From positions 4,200,001 to 4,232,000 of the forward strand of contig NZ_LN831024.1 in NCBI RefSeq assembly GCF_001457615.1: a stretch of DNA of 32,000 nt. The letters are read 5' to 3'. Position numbers and translations under genes: made by a program. This document shows positions 18,915 through 27,778 of this stretch, in pieces (positions within the stretch are counted from its first letter, which is position 1; each line of letters starts with the position of its first letter). The notes under the pieces were generated by a model, which saw only the letters and a program-made list of their open reading frames with translations, did not search any database and had not been told where the DNA came from. The stretch is from Pseudomonas aeruginosa. Lineage in GTDB: Bacteria > Pseudomonadota > Gammaproteobacteria > Pseudomonadales > Pseudomonadaceae.

Positions 18915-19931
18915 CTAGGACGTCTCGGCAAGTGTCGAAGAACTGTCGAAATCCGCCAGCGGGTTGAGTCGAATAGCGTCCCGCAGGTATTCCGGCGACA
19001 AATGCGCATAGCGCATGGTCATGTTCAGCGACGAATGCCCAAGAATCTCTTTCAGCGCCAGGATGTTTCCACCGTTCATCATGAAGTGGGAAGCGAACGT
19101 ATGGCGTAGCACATGGGTGCACTGCCCTCTTGGCAGTACGATACCGCAACGCTTCACCATCCGTGCAAACGCCTCCCGACAAGAGGGAAAGCGATTCCGA
19201 CCGGCGAAATATTTCTCAAGTCGAGCCTGCAAGTCTGTCGAGATTGGTACGGATCGAACACGCTTTGATTTGGTATTGGAGAAGACCACCGATCCATCCC
19301 GGACCATGGGCAGAGTCAACCCTTGCGCTTCCGACCAGCGAGCCCCCGTCGCCAAGCAGACCTCTGAAATCAATGCCAAGTGGGGAAAGGTCGAATAGTC
19401 CCGGAGCGCTGACACCAACACCGCTACCTGATCCTTAGACAGGAACGATACAACCGACTGTTGAGGCTTCAACGGCTTGAGACGATCCAAAGGATTCGGA
19501 TAGTCGATATCGCCGAGCCTACGAAGCTCGGTGAATACTGTTTTCAGATACGAATAGCGAACGTTGATAGACCTAGGTAAAGCGCCCTCCTCCAACTCAC
19601 GCTTCCTGAACGCGACCAGATCAGCAGTGGTGAACCTCTGCCCCACCGGGTCGCCCAGGCGAGACGCGATCAGCAATAGCAGATTCTTACGACGCCTCCC
19701 GCTGGTAATCGAGTGCCCATGCAATTCATACCAACGCTCTATAAGTTCCGACAGCAGTCGCTTATCTTGCTGAACGGGGTTCCACTCCCGCTGTCGCGCA
19801 TGCTTTGTCCGCACCATCGCCTCAAACCGCTGGGCTTCGCCCTTGGTCTTGAAACGCTTCCTAAAACGCTTGCCTTTGATCGGTTCAACGTCGGCCAGCC
19901 AGCGGCCATCCTCAAGCTTGGTGATCGCCAT
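18915..19931 (-). CDS. tyrosine recombinase / phage integrase
   Basis: LATGARWSEAQGL; HVLRHTFASHFMMNGGNILALKEILGHSSLNMTMRYAHL (R-H-x-x-R-Y catalytic pattern). Confidence 0.95.
   Translation of the reverse strand: MAITKLEDGRWLADVEPIKGKRFRKRFKTKGEAQRFEAMVRTKHARQREWNPVQQDKRLLSELIERWYELHGHSITSGRRRKNLLLLIASRLGDPVGQRFTTADLVAFRKRELEEGALPRSINVRYSYLKTVFTELRRLGDIDYPNPLDRLKPLKPQQSVVSFLSKDQVAVLVSALRDYSTFPHLALISEVCLATGARWSEAQGLTLPMVRDGSVVFSNTKSKRVRSVPISTDLQARLEKYFAGRNRFPSCREAFARMVKRCGIVLPRGQCTHVLRHTFASHFMMNGGNILALKEILGHSSLNMTMRYAHLSPEYLRDAIRLNPLADFDSSSTLAETS
18927..18953. repeat. candidate attL (direct repeat with 29586..29612)
   Basis: GGCAAGTGTCGAAGAACTGTCGAAATC vs GGCACGTGTCGAAAAAGTGTCGAAATC (24/27 identical), at prophage edges; left copy lies inside the integrase 3' end. 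Confidence 0.6.
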
Positions 19932-21223
19932 CAGATCGCGTATCCCCGCCGTAGATACCGATCACACATGAGCTTGTGGATATGCCTTTCCAGATCGCGA
20001 CGAGTCCAACCCTTGGCGAGATAGTGGTCTTCGATAACGTGCCAGAACTCCAGTTTGCGGGCGGACTCAATAGCCTTTTTTGCAGGGATGCGCTCCCGCG
20101 CAATCAGGCTGATGAACTGGCCGAGGAACATCTCGCAGTTACGCCCACTGAAGCCCTTGGCGGTCTTGTAATAGCGCCGGTACTCGGTGCGCTCGATCAG
20201 CGGATCGCACTCGACCTGGACGCGGGCGTCCTGGCTGATCAGGCTCCAGAACGGATCGTAGACCGCCGTCCGGCTCAGCAGCTTGAAGCTTTCACAGGCG
20301 TAGTTCCACAGTCCTTGCAGGTGCGGGCAAAGCCCCTCATAGGTGCGGCAGCCAATGACCTCCCCCGAGGCCATACGCGAGCCTTCGGAGAACTGCTGGA
20401 CGATGGAGTGATGGAAGCGGAATTCGAGCCGCCACACCGTTTCCAGGGGGTTATAGGCCGGGTCGCCATCGCCGAACGGATCCCCGTTCAGGGTGGCCCA
20501 CACGCTTTCCCAATAGTCGAGCTTGTCGGTGGCCCGAGCCTGGAGGGTCTTGTTATAGATCGACAGTTGCAGGCCGTTGGCCGAGCCGAACATGTACGTC
20601 TCGCCACGCCCGTAGACCGAGGCGTTGCCGTCGAATTCGATCCGCTCGATCCCGCTGATTTGCCGCACCCGACGCGAGCGGCAATGCATGCGATCCACCA
20701 GATCGCGAGGCGGTTTCCAGCCTTGTACGTCCAGGGCGATATGCACAGCGGCTTGGTTGGTCTCGCAGTGGCTCAGCACGGCAGCGGCCAAGTCATCCAG
20801 CACGCCCTGGAGGATATGCGGGTCGGCACCGTCGAGGGCATGGGGCGACACCTCGATCTTGAGGTGCGAGCCAAGGGTATCGACCTTGATGTTGTGATTC
20901 TTGATCAGCAGGATCAGCCCCAATTCTGCGTTCTGCAGACGGTACTGATAGCCGGAGTCGCGACCGATACGGCCCTTGGACCATTCGTAGCCGGCGAACT
21001 CGACCACATCCACCGAGAGGTCAAACAGCGCCATGACTTCCGGGCGCAACTTGCCGTTGTACAACTGCCGCACCGTATCCACGCCGCAACGCAGAATGCG
21101 CACGCCTGACAGATCAGTGAACGCCCCCGTCATGGAATCAACGAAGAGCCGTCCCTTGGGGGAATCCAGCAGTTGTCCGTCGGGTTGCAGCAGGAGGCGG
21201 TTTTGATGGGTCACTTTCTTCAT
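19931..21223 (-). CDS. filamentous phage replication initiation protein
   Basis: MKKVTHQNRLLLQPDGQLLDSPKG... Pf-family Rep; stop/start junction shared with integrase at 19931; position between int and zot as in Pf phages. Confidence 0.85.
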   Translation of the reverse strand: MKKVTHQNRLLLQPDGQLLDSPKGRLFVDSMTGAFTDLSGVRILRCGVDTVRQLYNGKLRPEVMALFDLSVDVVEFAGYEWSKGRIGRDSGYQYRLQNAELGLILLIKNHNIKVDTLGSHLKIEVSPHALDGADPHILQGVLDDLAAAVLSHCETNQAAVHIALDVQGWKPPRDLVDRMHCRSRRVRQISGIERIEFDGNASVYGRGETYMFGSANGLQLSIYNKTLQARATDKLDYWESVWATLNGDPFGDGDPAYNPLETVWRLEFRFHHSIVQQFSEGSRMASGEVIGCRTYEGLCPHLQGLWNYACESFKLLSRTAVYDPFWSLISQDARVQVECDPLIERTEYRRYYKTAKGFSGRNCEMFLGQFISLIARERIPAKKAIESARKLEFWHVIEDHYLAKGWTRRDLERHIHKLMCDRYLRRGYAI

Positions 21224-21353
21224 GGTTTCACCTAACAATGTCCATTAATGTCCAAATCGCGGGGTGCTTATCTGACGTGTTACAGGGGCGTCGGCCGCGC
21301 CTTCGGCCTATCGCTCATGCCTTGCGCTCCCGGCCGGCGGCGCGGCCCGCCCC

Positions 21354-21455
21354 TCATGGCGGCACCCCTACCGCCGCTAGCGCCGTCATCACCGACCACC
21401 AGTGATGCAGCGCCCAGCCCATCGCCACCGGAACGAGGAATTCCCAATCGATCAT
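21354..21455 (-). CDS. small hydrophobic phage protein (33 aa)
   Basis: [33 protein letters not shown]; its ATG overlaps the zot TGA (ATGA), implying translational coupling. Confidence 0.55.
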   Translation of the reverse strand: MIDWEFLVPVAMGWALHHWWSVMTALAAVGVPP

Positions 21456-22726
21456 TTGTGCCTCCAGGGCCGCGAGGCATATTCGGAATCGGGGACGATG
21501 GTCAGCGGCGATTGGCCCCTGGCCGGTGCGTCTGCGGACGCGGCGACAGGCGCTGCCGGAACGACGCTGGCCACCGCGCCGGGCTGCCTCCCGGTACAGG
21601 TGACGGTCTGTTTCCACTCCTCATAGCGAAGCTCTACGACGCACTCGCCCTTGGGCGTTACCCGGTAGCCGGAGCCGATCAGTTGCCAACTGGTGAGTTC
21701 CAGGCGCCGGCCCGTGGGATCGTCCAGGGCGAACATGTAAATGTCGCCCCGCGACTTGCGGTAGGCGTGGGCAAGGATGGAGATCCGCCGATCGGCGAAG
21801 GGATGGGCGTTCAGATCAACAGGCGCAGCAGCAGGCCCATCAGGTACAAGCCCAGGAGGAAGAAAGCTATTCGCAGCAGGACGCGTTGGAGCAGCCACAG
21901 CAGCGGGCGCAGCAGGGGCTTGAGCAGGGTCGCCAGGAGCGTCGGCAGGTGTCGCAGCAGCCGGAGCGCCAATCGTGCGCAGAGGCCCCATATACCAGAC
22001 AAAGCCAATAGTGCCGGCCAGCAATGCCAGTAGAAGAACCAGCTTAGGCGACCGGAAGAGGCTCTTGCCCGCCTTGGTGTCTTGGGTCTTGCCGGTGGCC
22101 GTGGACTGGTAGAGGGCGAAGGTCTGCTTTCGGATTCGCTTGTATTCGATGATGGTGCCATCGGCGGGCGGACGGTTGAGTTGGGCGTCATGCTGGGCCT
22201 CCTTGTAGCGGCCAGGGATGCCGATCACCGCGAGGTTGGAATGCTTGTAGGCCATCTCGCAGGTCATGCGGATGTCGTCGCGGATGTAGGAGATGTTCGG
22301 CGTGGTGAGGACGATGTCCCAGTTGAAATGCCGGTGCCGGGTCCAGGCGTCGAGCCAGCCCATGGGACGGTCGGCGGCGTGGGCCGCTTCCGGTCCACCG
22401 GGGTAGTCGAAACGCTCGAGGTCTTTTTCCCGCCAGGACTTGGGAAACAGCAGTTGGGTTTCGTCGAAGATCAGGAAGGCCCCGCGGGGCGCCCACTGAA
22501 ACCACGTGCGCATCTTTTCGAGGTCTTCCAGCGACTCCAGATCGAGGTTGATGATCTCCGCCGTGTTGGGCAGGTCCGGAAAGACCTGATAGGCCCGCTC
22601 CAGGGTGAAGCCGCGCACGTTGGTGATGATCACCCGTCCGTCTTTCAGCGCGGGCACGGCGTCATCCTGGATCGCGCCGGAGGTCTTGTAGGAGCCATTG
22701 GGGCCGTGATGGATCTTGATCGACAC
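21452..22726 (-). CDS. zonular occludens toxin-like assembly ATPase (g1p/Zot)
   Basis: [39 protein letters not shown]; [14 protein letters not shown] Walker B; single TM segment [18 protein letters not shown]. Confidence 0.9.
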   Translation of the reverse strand: MSIKIHHGPNGSYKTSGAIQDDAVPALKDGRVIITNVRGFTLERAYQVFPDLPNTAEIINLDLESLEDLEKMRTWFQWAPRGAFLIFDETQLLFPKSWREKDLERFDYPGGPEAAHAADRPMGWLDAWTRHRHFNWDIVLTTPNISYIRDDIRMTCEMAYKHSNLAVIGIPGRYKEAQHDAQLNRPPADGTIIEYKRIRKQTFALYQSTATGKTQDTKAGKSLFRSPKLVLLLALLAGTIGFVWYMGPLRTIGAPAAATPADAPGDPAQAPAAPAAVAAPTRPAANSFLPPGLVPDGPAAAPVDLNAHPFADRRISILAHAYRKSRGDIYMFALDDPTGRRLELTSWQLIGSGYRVTPKGECVVELRYEEWKQTVTCTGRQPGAVASVVPAAPVAASADAPARGQSPLTIVPDSEYASRPWRHK

Positions 22727-22729
22727 GGA

Positions 22730-23086
22730 TCACCTCCCAATGAACGGCACGAAGCGCATGCAGAAGCGCGTCGCCGCCGCGACCATGATGATGTTCAACG
22801 CCTGCGGCACGCCGAAGAAGGCCAGCCCCGCCGCAATCGGCCCCGGCAGCGCGGCATACATGCTGCGGATCATCTGCGGCACGCCGAGGCTGTCGATCAG
22901 TTCGCGGGCGGCGGTGTAGCTGACATCGATCAGCAGGATCAGGGTCTGGAGCGCGGCGTACATCGACGCCTTGGTGGCGACCACCAGTCCGTCGCGCACG
23001 AAGTCATAGATGCCTTGGGCGAAGAAATCCCAGATCCACTGGAAGAAGGCGATGATCTGATCGAGAAAACCGGAGAGCCATTCCAT
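22730..23086 (-). CDS. DUF2523-family minor coat (g6p-like) membrane protein
   Basis: Hydrophobic ORF MEWLSGFLDQIIAFFQWIWDFF...IRSMYAALPGPIAAGLAFFGVPQALNIIMVAAATRFCMRFVPF; position between g3p-like gene and zot. Confidence 0.8.
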   Translation of the reverse strand: MEWLSGFLDQIIAFFQWIWDFFAQGIYDFVRDGLVVATKASMYAALQTLILLIDVSYTAARELIDSLGVPQMIRSMYAALPGPIAAGLAFFGVPQALNIIMVAAATRFCMRFVPFIGR

Positions 23087-23090
23087 AGGG

Positions 23091-24377
23091 TCAGTCCTTC
23101 AGCAGAATGAGGGCGGCGATCAGCGCGGCCATCAGCAGCAGCGCCACGCGCAGGCTGGAGAGTTGGCCGGCGTAGTCGGAGATACAGAGGGAGTAGGACT
23201 TGCCCCAAATGGTCATGGACTCGCAGGGCAGCTGCCCGCCGCCTTCCGCCAGGTTGAGGTCGAAGGCGCCCTTCATCTGATCGACGTTGGCCTTCACCTT
23301 GGTCTTGAGTTCTTGCTTGGCTTCCTCGACCTTCTTTTCCCAGGTGGCGATGGCGTCATCCCAGGTGCCGGGCGTGGGCTCCTTGAGTTCGCCGCCGGGG
23401 CCTTCGGGGCCGGTGGAGCAGTTCTCTTTCGCCGGGTCGCATGTACCGTTGCCATCGCCGCCCGTGCCGCTGCCGTCACCGTCGCCGCTACCCTCGCCCC
23501 CGCCGTTGCCGTCCCCTCCCCCGCTGCCGTCGCCGCCATTGCCGGTGCCACCGTCATTGCCGCCGCCGTTGTTGTTTCCACCGCCATTGCCATCGCCGCC
23601 ACCGTCGCCATCACCCCCCGGCGTGGTCGGGTCGGTTGGATCCGTGGGATCGGTCGGGGTCTTGACGCAGGTAGTCCCCGACCACGACCAGCCGGGCGGG
23701 CAGCCGGGGTCGTTCGGGTCGGAAGGATCGGTGTTCGGGGTGTCGGGTGGGTTCAGCGAATCGCCGGTCTGCGCGAAGGTGTAGGAATCGGCACCGCAAT
23801 TCTGTCCGGTGCCCTTGAGGATGTAATTGCAGAAGCCGGTCGTGGTGGAGCCTTTGACCAGATAGCAACTGGCCGGGCTGGGGTTGCCGCCGTACTCGCA
23901 GCTTTGATAACAGGCGCTCGGTGCGCCGCCGTCGCCGACATAGTTCCGCCCGCCCGAGGTGACAACAGGCGAGTCCGGGCCCTTGGCCGGGAACAGTTCG
24001 CCTTCCTTGCATTCTTCGGGCGGCGGTTTGCAGGCGCCATCGGCCGGATCGAGTTCTTGCTCTGAAGGACAGCTATCGCCAGTCAAAACAGCATCAGTCG
24101 AATAACTGTTAACACCTATATGGACAATGCATTGCACCCACCTGTCGTTAACCCTATTCATGGTCTTTCTGTACTCAGGAGACCAAGTATCAAAGTAGGA
24201 CTGACAAGCTGCTGCATAGGATGGAAAGAAGGCCGTAGGCCGCCCACCTATATCAATTTTCCATCGATAGATTTCAGCGCTCGCCAAGGGATGCCACAGC
24301 AGAGAGACCAGCAGACCCAGCAGCGAAAGAAGTCGGCCAAGGCCGGAACGTGCGTTGTTACTCATCCAGTCACCCAT
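23091..24377 (-). CDS. phage adsorption/attachment protein (g3p-like, CoaA-type)
   Basis: Signal peptide, Cys-rich N-domain, long Gly/Asp/Asn-rich linker, C-terminal TM anchor RVALLLMAALIAALILLKD. Confidence 0.85.
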   Translation of the reverse strand: MGDWMSNNARSGLGRLLSLLGLLVSLLWHPLASAEIYRWKIDIGGRPTAFFPSYAAACQSYFDTWSPEYRKTMNRVNDRWVQCIVHIGVNSYSTDAVLTGDSCPSEQELDPADGACKPPPEECKEGELFPAKGPDSPVVTSGGRNYVGDGGAPSACYQSCEYGGNPSPASCYLVKGSTTTGFCNYILKGTGQNCGADSYTFAQTGDSLNPPDTPNTDPSDPNDPGCPPGWSWSGTTCVKTPTDPTDPTDPTTPGGDGDGGGDGNGGGNNNGGGNDGGTGNGGDGSGGGDGNGGGEGSGDGDGSGTGGDGNGTCDPAKENCSTGPEGPGGELKEPTPGTWDDAIATWEKKVEEAKQELKTKVKANVDQMKGAFDLNLAEGGGQLPCESMTIWGKSYSLCISDYAGQLSSLRVALLLMAALIAALILLKD

Positions 24378-24379
24378 GA

Positions 24380-24414
24380 AAAAGCCCCCTGCCGGAAACT
24401 CCGGAGGGGGCTTC
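24380..24414 (-). terminator. rho-independent terminator after the coat gene block
   Basis: Stem AAGCCCCC/GGGGGCTT with internal CCGG/CCGG pairing, followed by a T tract on the minus strand; located between the coat and g3p-like genes. Confidence 0.8.
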
Positions 24415-24431
24415 CGCCTCGGTCTGTTCGG

Positions 24432-24509
24432 TTAGAAGAATTCGCCGGTCCGGTACCCGGTGATGAAGGCGCCGGCGAAGAACGCCCCCAACCACACCGA
24501 CCAGAGCAC
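24432..24509 (-). CDS. putative 25-aa hydrophobic peptide directly after the major coat gene
   Basis: GTG-start frame (M/V)LWSVWLGAFFAGAFITGYRTGEFF*; starts 3 nt after the coat stop codon; AAGG upstream. Confidence 0.45.
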   Translation of the reverse strand: MLWSVWLGAFFAGAFITGYRTGEFF

Positions 24510-24512
24510 CCG

Positions 24513-24761
24513 TTACGCCTTGCGCAACATGCTGTAGATCAGGCCGGCGACGGCCAGGATCACCAGGGCGCCGACGATGTAGCCGCCAATGGCCTTCATA
24601 TCGCCCTGCCCATCGGTGATCGCCGATTCCACCGCGCTGGTGTCGATCACTGCGGCGAAGGCCGGCAGCGAAGTCGCGGCAGTGACGGAACCGGCGATGC
24701 ACAGGTTGCGGAACGAGGCGACCGGGCTGAACTTGGCGATGCGTTGCTTCATTGCTTTCAT
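24513..24761 (-). CDS. coaB: major coat protein precursor, Pf1 type
   Basis: MKAMKQRIAKFSPVASFRNLCIAGSVTAATSLPAFA-AVIDTSAVESAITDGQGDMKAIGGYIVGALVILAVAGLIYSMLRKA; leader plus 46-aa mature coat. Confidence 0.97.
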   Translation of the reverse strand: MKAMKQRIAKFSPVASFRNLCIAGSVTAATSLPAFAAVIDTSAVESAITDGQGDMKAIGGYIVGALVILAVAGLIYSMLRKA

Positions 24762-24773
24762 GGTGTTTCCTCT

Positions 24774-25025
24774 CTACTTGGCTTTACGAAGAAGTGACGC
24801 GACCCAGCCAATCAAAAGCCCCGTCACGAACGATCCCAGGACGCCAGCGGCACCGATGCCGAAGGCTTCCGGGGAGAAACCACCGTTGACCAGGATGTCC
24901 ACGTATCCAGCGGCCTCGGGCGGCATCAGGTAGGCCTGCTGCCATGCGAGTTCGCGACACGCCATAAAGCCCTCGGGGGTCGAGGTCCACGCGGTACACA
25001 CCTGCACAGCGACAACGCCTGACAT
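24774..25025 (-). CDS. Pf-phage hypothetical membrane protein
   Basis: ORF MSGVVAVQVCTAWTSTPEGFMACRELAWQQAYLMPPEA...GVLGSFVTGLLIGWVASLLRKAK with C-terminal TM segment; between the ssDNA-binding and coat genes. Confidence 0.75.
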   Translation of the reverse strand: MSGVVAVQVCTAWTSTPEGFMACRELAWQQAYLMPPEAAGYVDILVNGGFSPEAFGIGAAGVLGSFVTGLLIGWVASLLRKAK

Positions 25026-25037
25026 AGCGATCAGTCC

Positions 25038-25130
25038 TCAAACAGGCAGGGAGGCCGCTAGGCCGTCGATCCAGCCCCAGGCGTAGCCGGTGGCCAGACC
25101 TACCGCGAACAGCGAGAGATAGCGGAGCAT
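25038..25130 (-). CDS. small (30 aa) hydrophobic Pf-phage protein
   Basis: [30 protein letters not shown] preceded by GGAGG ribosome-binding site. Confidence 0.7.
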   Translation of the reverse strand: MLRYLSLFAVGLATGYAWGWIDGLAASLPV

Positions 25131-25146
25131 CGCGGCCTCCTAGGGC

Positions 25147-25581
25147 TTACGCCTTGGCGTCCGGGGACTTGTCTTGTTTGTCCTGGCCCTGCGGCTGCTG
25201 GGCCGGGCGCGGGGCTTGGGACTGTGCTTGCGGGCGGGCCGGGGCTTGGGCGGTCGGCGCCATCGGCTTGCCGCCCACGGCCAGCAGATCCACAAGGACC
25301 TGGGTATTGGTGATCCGACCGAAACGGTCTTGGGTCGGGCGGACCACGCTGGCGAACTTGCAGAGCACCGGCTGGCCTTCGAAGACGATGGCGTCCAGCA
25401 GGGTCGGCTCGATGTTGTATTCACTGATCTCGAAGCCCTTGGCGTTGCCACGGGCACCTTCCGGGATCGGGGCGATGGACTGGACCGAGGCGTAGATTTC
25501 CCCGGTCTTGGTCGAGGTATAGGTGTCGGTCTTGGTGACCCACAGTTCGACGACGCCGCCTTGGGTTGCAAACATGTTCAT
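25147..25581 (-). CDS. Pf1-type single-stranded DNA-binding protein (g5p-like)
   Basis: 144-aa MNMFATQGGVVELWVTKTDTYTSTKTGEIYASVQSI... with Pro/Gln/Ala-rich tail, recognised as the Pf1 ssDNA-binding protein type. Confidence 0.93.
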   Translation of the reverse strand: MNMFATQGGVVELWVTKTDTYTSTKTGEIYASVQSIAPIPEGARGNAKGFEISEYNIEPTLLDAIVFEGQPVLCKFASVVRPTQDRFGRITNTQVLVDLLAVGGKPMAPTAQAPARPQAQSQAPRPAQQPQGQDKQDKSPDAKA

Positions 25582-25715
25582 CGGTGTTTCTCCTTCATTT
25601 CGCCTTTTTCGGCGTGAGTTGTCCCGCTGCTGCAAATTCGGCTGTTTCGCCTTCATTCAGCGGTGTTGGGTGAAAGTGATTTGTGGGGCGACCCCTTCGG
25701 GCCGGGCTCTATTCG

Positions 25716-26093
25716 CTAGCGAACCAAGCCAACCACGGGTGTTCGTCTCAGCCCATTCGGGTAACGATCCCTATCGCAACGTCGTCTCCGACGGCCAAGG
25801 GGAACGCTTCCCCTTGGAACCCGCAGAGCAACACCAAGGGCTCTGCCCTTGTCATCCCGCTCTTGCCGCCGAGGGCTCGGGAGCGCGGGGCGGAGGAGCT
25901 GCCCCACACTCCCCAGCGGAGGCTGTTTCAGGGGGGAGGCGTTCAAGGGTGCGCTGCGCCCGTGCTTCCGTTCGCCGGAACGGTAAAGCTGTTCCGACGA
26001 GCCGGGAGCGCGGCCCTTGACCGGATCGGCCACGGTGCGGGCGGCCTGGATCAGGCAGAACAGGAGCAGCGCTTTCAGGGTGTCAGCGAGCAT
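25716..26093 (-). CDS. hypothetical Pf-phage protein
   Basis: Collinear [30 protein letters not shown]...; no strong domain evidence. Confidence 0.45.
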   Translation of the reverse strand: MLADTLKALLLFCLIQAARTVADPVKGRAPGSSEQLYRSGERKHGRSAPLNASPLKQPPLGSVGQLLRPALPSPRRQERDDKGRALGVALRVPRGSVPLGRRRRRCDRDRYPNGLRRTPVVGLVR

Positions 26094-26607
26094 GGGTCAG
26101 CCCTCCAGTTGGAATGCTTCGCGCACGGGCACAAAGGGCGTGGGTTTCCCGCTGTCGTACACAACGTGCCAGTACTTCGGCGGACGCCGGGACGGGTCGT
26201 GTTTCGCGCAGAAGGAACGGGGACGGCAGAGCCAGCGGCCATCTTCCCGATAGGGCAGCCCAGGGGGCCGGCAGTCCGGACACGGCGACGGGCTGTGCAA
26301 TGGGATGACCTGCCTTGCGGACCAGCACACAGAGCAGGCGCAGTCCGGGGCGTGGGTTTGGCGCAAGTAATTCGGAGACGACATGGTCAGCTTCCTCCTT
26401 ATCTTGGCGAGCACGACCCCAGGCGAGAGCCTCAACCCGCAGGTCGGTCAGATAGGATTCTTCCGGCTGGGAGAGGTAGCCGGCGTCCATGAGGCCATCG
26501 ATCAGCATCAGGGCGCGGTCGAAGGGTTCGCTAGGGTGCTGTGCCGTTTGCAGCAGATAGCCTTCCAAGAAGGTCAGCAGCGCATGGATAGGGTTGCCTG
26601 ACAGCAT
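26083..26607 (-). CDS. hypothetical Pf-phage protein (true 3' extent uncertain, overlaps 26097..26384)
   Basis: N-terminal part [64 protein letters not shown] looks protein-like; the C-terminal half overlaps another frame. Confidence 0.5.
   Translation of the reverse strand: MLSGNPIHALLTFLEGYLLQTAQHPSEPFDRALMLIDGLMDAGYLSQPEESYLTDLRVEALAWGRARQDKEEADHVVSELLAPNPRPGLRLLCVLVRKAGHPIAQPVAVSGLPAPWAALSGRWPLALPSPFLLRETRPVPASAEVLARCVRQRETHALCARARSIPTGGLTHAR
26097..26384 (-). CDS. small Cys-rich (zinc-ribbon-like) Pf-phage protein
   Basis: [42 protein letters not shown]... with CxC..C/CxxC pattern. Confidence 0.6.
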   Translation of the reverse strand: MSSPNYLRQTHAPDCACSVCWSARQVIPLHSPSPCPDCRPPGLPYREDGRWLCRPRSFCAKHDPSRRPPKYWHVVYDSGKPTPFVPVREAFQLEG

Positions 26608-26822
26608 CAGAACTCCTCCTTTTCCATCAGCTGATGGGTGAAGAGCGCAACATTGACCATCACGTGCTTGCCGATCTTGTGCGCGGGGAGATAGCCCTTA
26701 CGAATCCATCCACGGACGGTTTCGTGGTCTTCCCCCATGCCAATCCAGTTCGCGAAGTCCCGCCACGGCAACACCGGGGGCGCCGCGCGAAGGTCTTGAG
26801 CCTTGATTTCTTCCACTTCCAT
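26607..26822 (-). CDS. excisionase/AlpA-like HTH protein (Xis-type)
   Basis: VLPWRDFANWIGMGEDHETVRGWIRKGYLPAHKIGKHVMVNVALF, helix-turn-helix typical of Xis/AlpA; divergent from the repressor. Confidence 0.75.
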   Translation of the reverse strand: MEVEEIKAQDLRAAPPVLPWRDFANWIGMGEDHETVRGWIRKGYLPAHKIGKHVMVNVALFTHQLMEKEEF

Positions 26823-26833
26823 GGCCTTTGCTG

Positions 26834-26928
26834 CACTATGTTGGTCTATAGAGGACTATGGTCTTGGACTATGTCCATTGACTATGTGCAAACAATAGCT
26901 CTTGGACTATGTCATGTACATAGTCCAA
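26834..26928. promoter_or_regulatory. operator cluster of the phage immunity switch
   Basis: Repeated GACTATG motifs at 26854, 26867, 26880 and 26905 (plus CACTATG at 26834) and inverted CATAGTC at 26919; perfect 11-bp dyad TTGGACTATGT-catgt-ACATAGTCCAA at 26902..26928. Confidence 0.75.
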
Positions 26929-26949
26929 ATAATGATTAATACCTATTAA

Positions 26950-27216
26950 ATGAGCATTACAGATAGAGCTTTGCTATTGATTGGCCGTAGTAACCTAAGC
27001 GCCCTGACCAGAGCAGGCGCGACGGACTACAACCGATGGGTAAGCATCAAGCGAGGGAAGGCCAGAGTGGGCGCGGACGAGATTGAAATCCTCGGCAGTG
27101 TCTACCCTGCATATCGATGGTGGCTTACCACAGGCGAAGTCATGCCGGAGATTGGGCAAACAAGCCCTGACTACGACGAAGCCAACCGAAACTTGACCAG
27201 TCAAAGCGCGGGATAG
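26950..27216 (+). CDS. Pf-phage repressor C-type regulator
   Basis: MSITDRALLLIGRSNLSALTRAGATDYNRWVSIKRGKARVGADEIEILGSVYPAYRWWLTTGEVMPEIGQ; divergent from the Xis-like gene with operators between. Confidence 0.8.
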   Translation: MSITDRALLLIGRSNLSALTRAGATDYNRWVSIKRGKARVGADEIEILGSVYPAYRWWLTTGEVMPEIGQTSPDYDEANRNLTSQSAG

Positions 27217-27310
27217 CGATCACACAGGAAGTGGCTAGGCGTTGGTATGCCCGAGAAAGGCGGGATTGTTGAAGGATTGGCGTGAAGCCAACTATCAGGA
27301 AAGGGAACCC

Positions 27311-27724
27311 ATGCAGGTTGATACAGATGAAATTCGTGCCCCTTGGGCACCCCGCGTTCACGCAATTGGGCGCTTCGAATGGCTAGCCATAATCACTATT
27401 GGCGTGACCCTCGGTGGCTTACTAAAGGATGGGATAGAACTCGCAATCGCCAAAGCTGTAGCGGAGCGATATCTCTATGAGGCTGGCCAGGAGATGAAAC
27501 GCTCTAGCGAACGAATGCGACAAGATGCCGAAGCCATCAGACAACGCACAGCCCAACATAGAAACGAGTCTGAAAAAAAACGTCTTCAAGAACAAGCCGA
27601 AAATGAACGTCTGAATAGACTAAATAGCCCCGCGTGCAAGTTCTGGACAGAGCAGAATAATCGAAGTCCAACCCAGAAAACTAGAGATGGAGTCAGCCGA
27701 AGCTGTCCACAGTCTGAAATTTAA
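27311..27724 (+). CDS. hypothetical single-pass membrane / coiled-coil protein
   Basis: ATG at 27311 with GGGAA upstream; TM-like FEWLAIITIGVTLGGLLKDGI followed by charged region RYLYEAGQEMKRSSERMRQDAEAIRQRTAQHRNESEKKRLQEQAENERLNRL. Confidence 0.55.
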   Translation: MQVDTDEIRAPWAPRVHAIGRFEWLAIITIGVTLGGLLKDGIELAIAKAVAERYLYEAGQEMKRSSERMRQDAEAIRQRTAQHRNESEKKRLQEQAENERLNRLNSPACKFWTEQNNRSPTQKTRDGVSRSCPQSEI

Positions 27725-27778
27725 ACTTATATAAGCCAGGCTTTTAAACTAATCTTTATCAAGCTACATAGAAGACTC

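Noticed and set aside
23430-23640. Repetitive G/C-rich tract resembling a tandem repeat or CRISPR array
   Set aside because: Lies in frame within the g3p-like gene and encodes a Gly/Asp/Asn linker; no spacer/repeat architecture.
25683-26492. 269-aa plus-strand ORF in the phage early region
   Set aside because: Antisense to collinear Pf genes; no ribosome-binding site or domain support.
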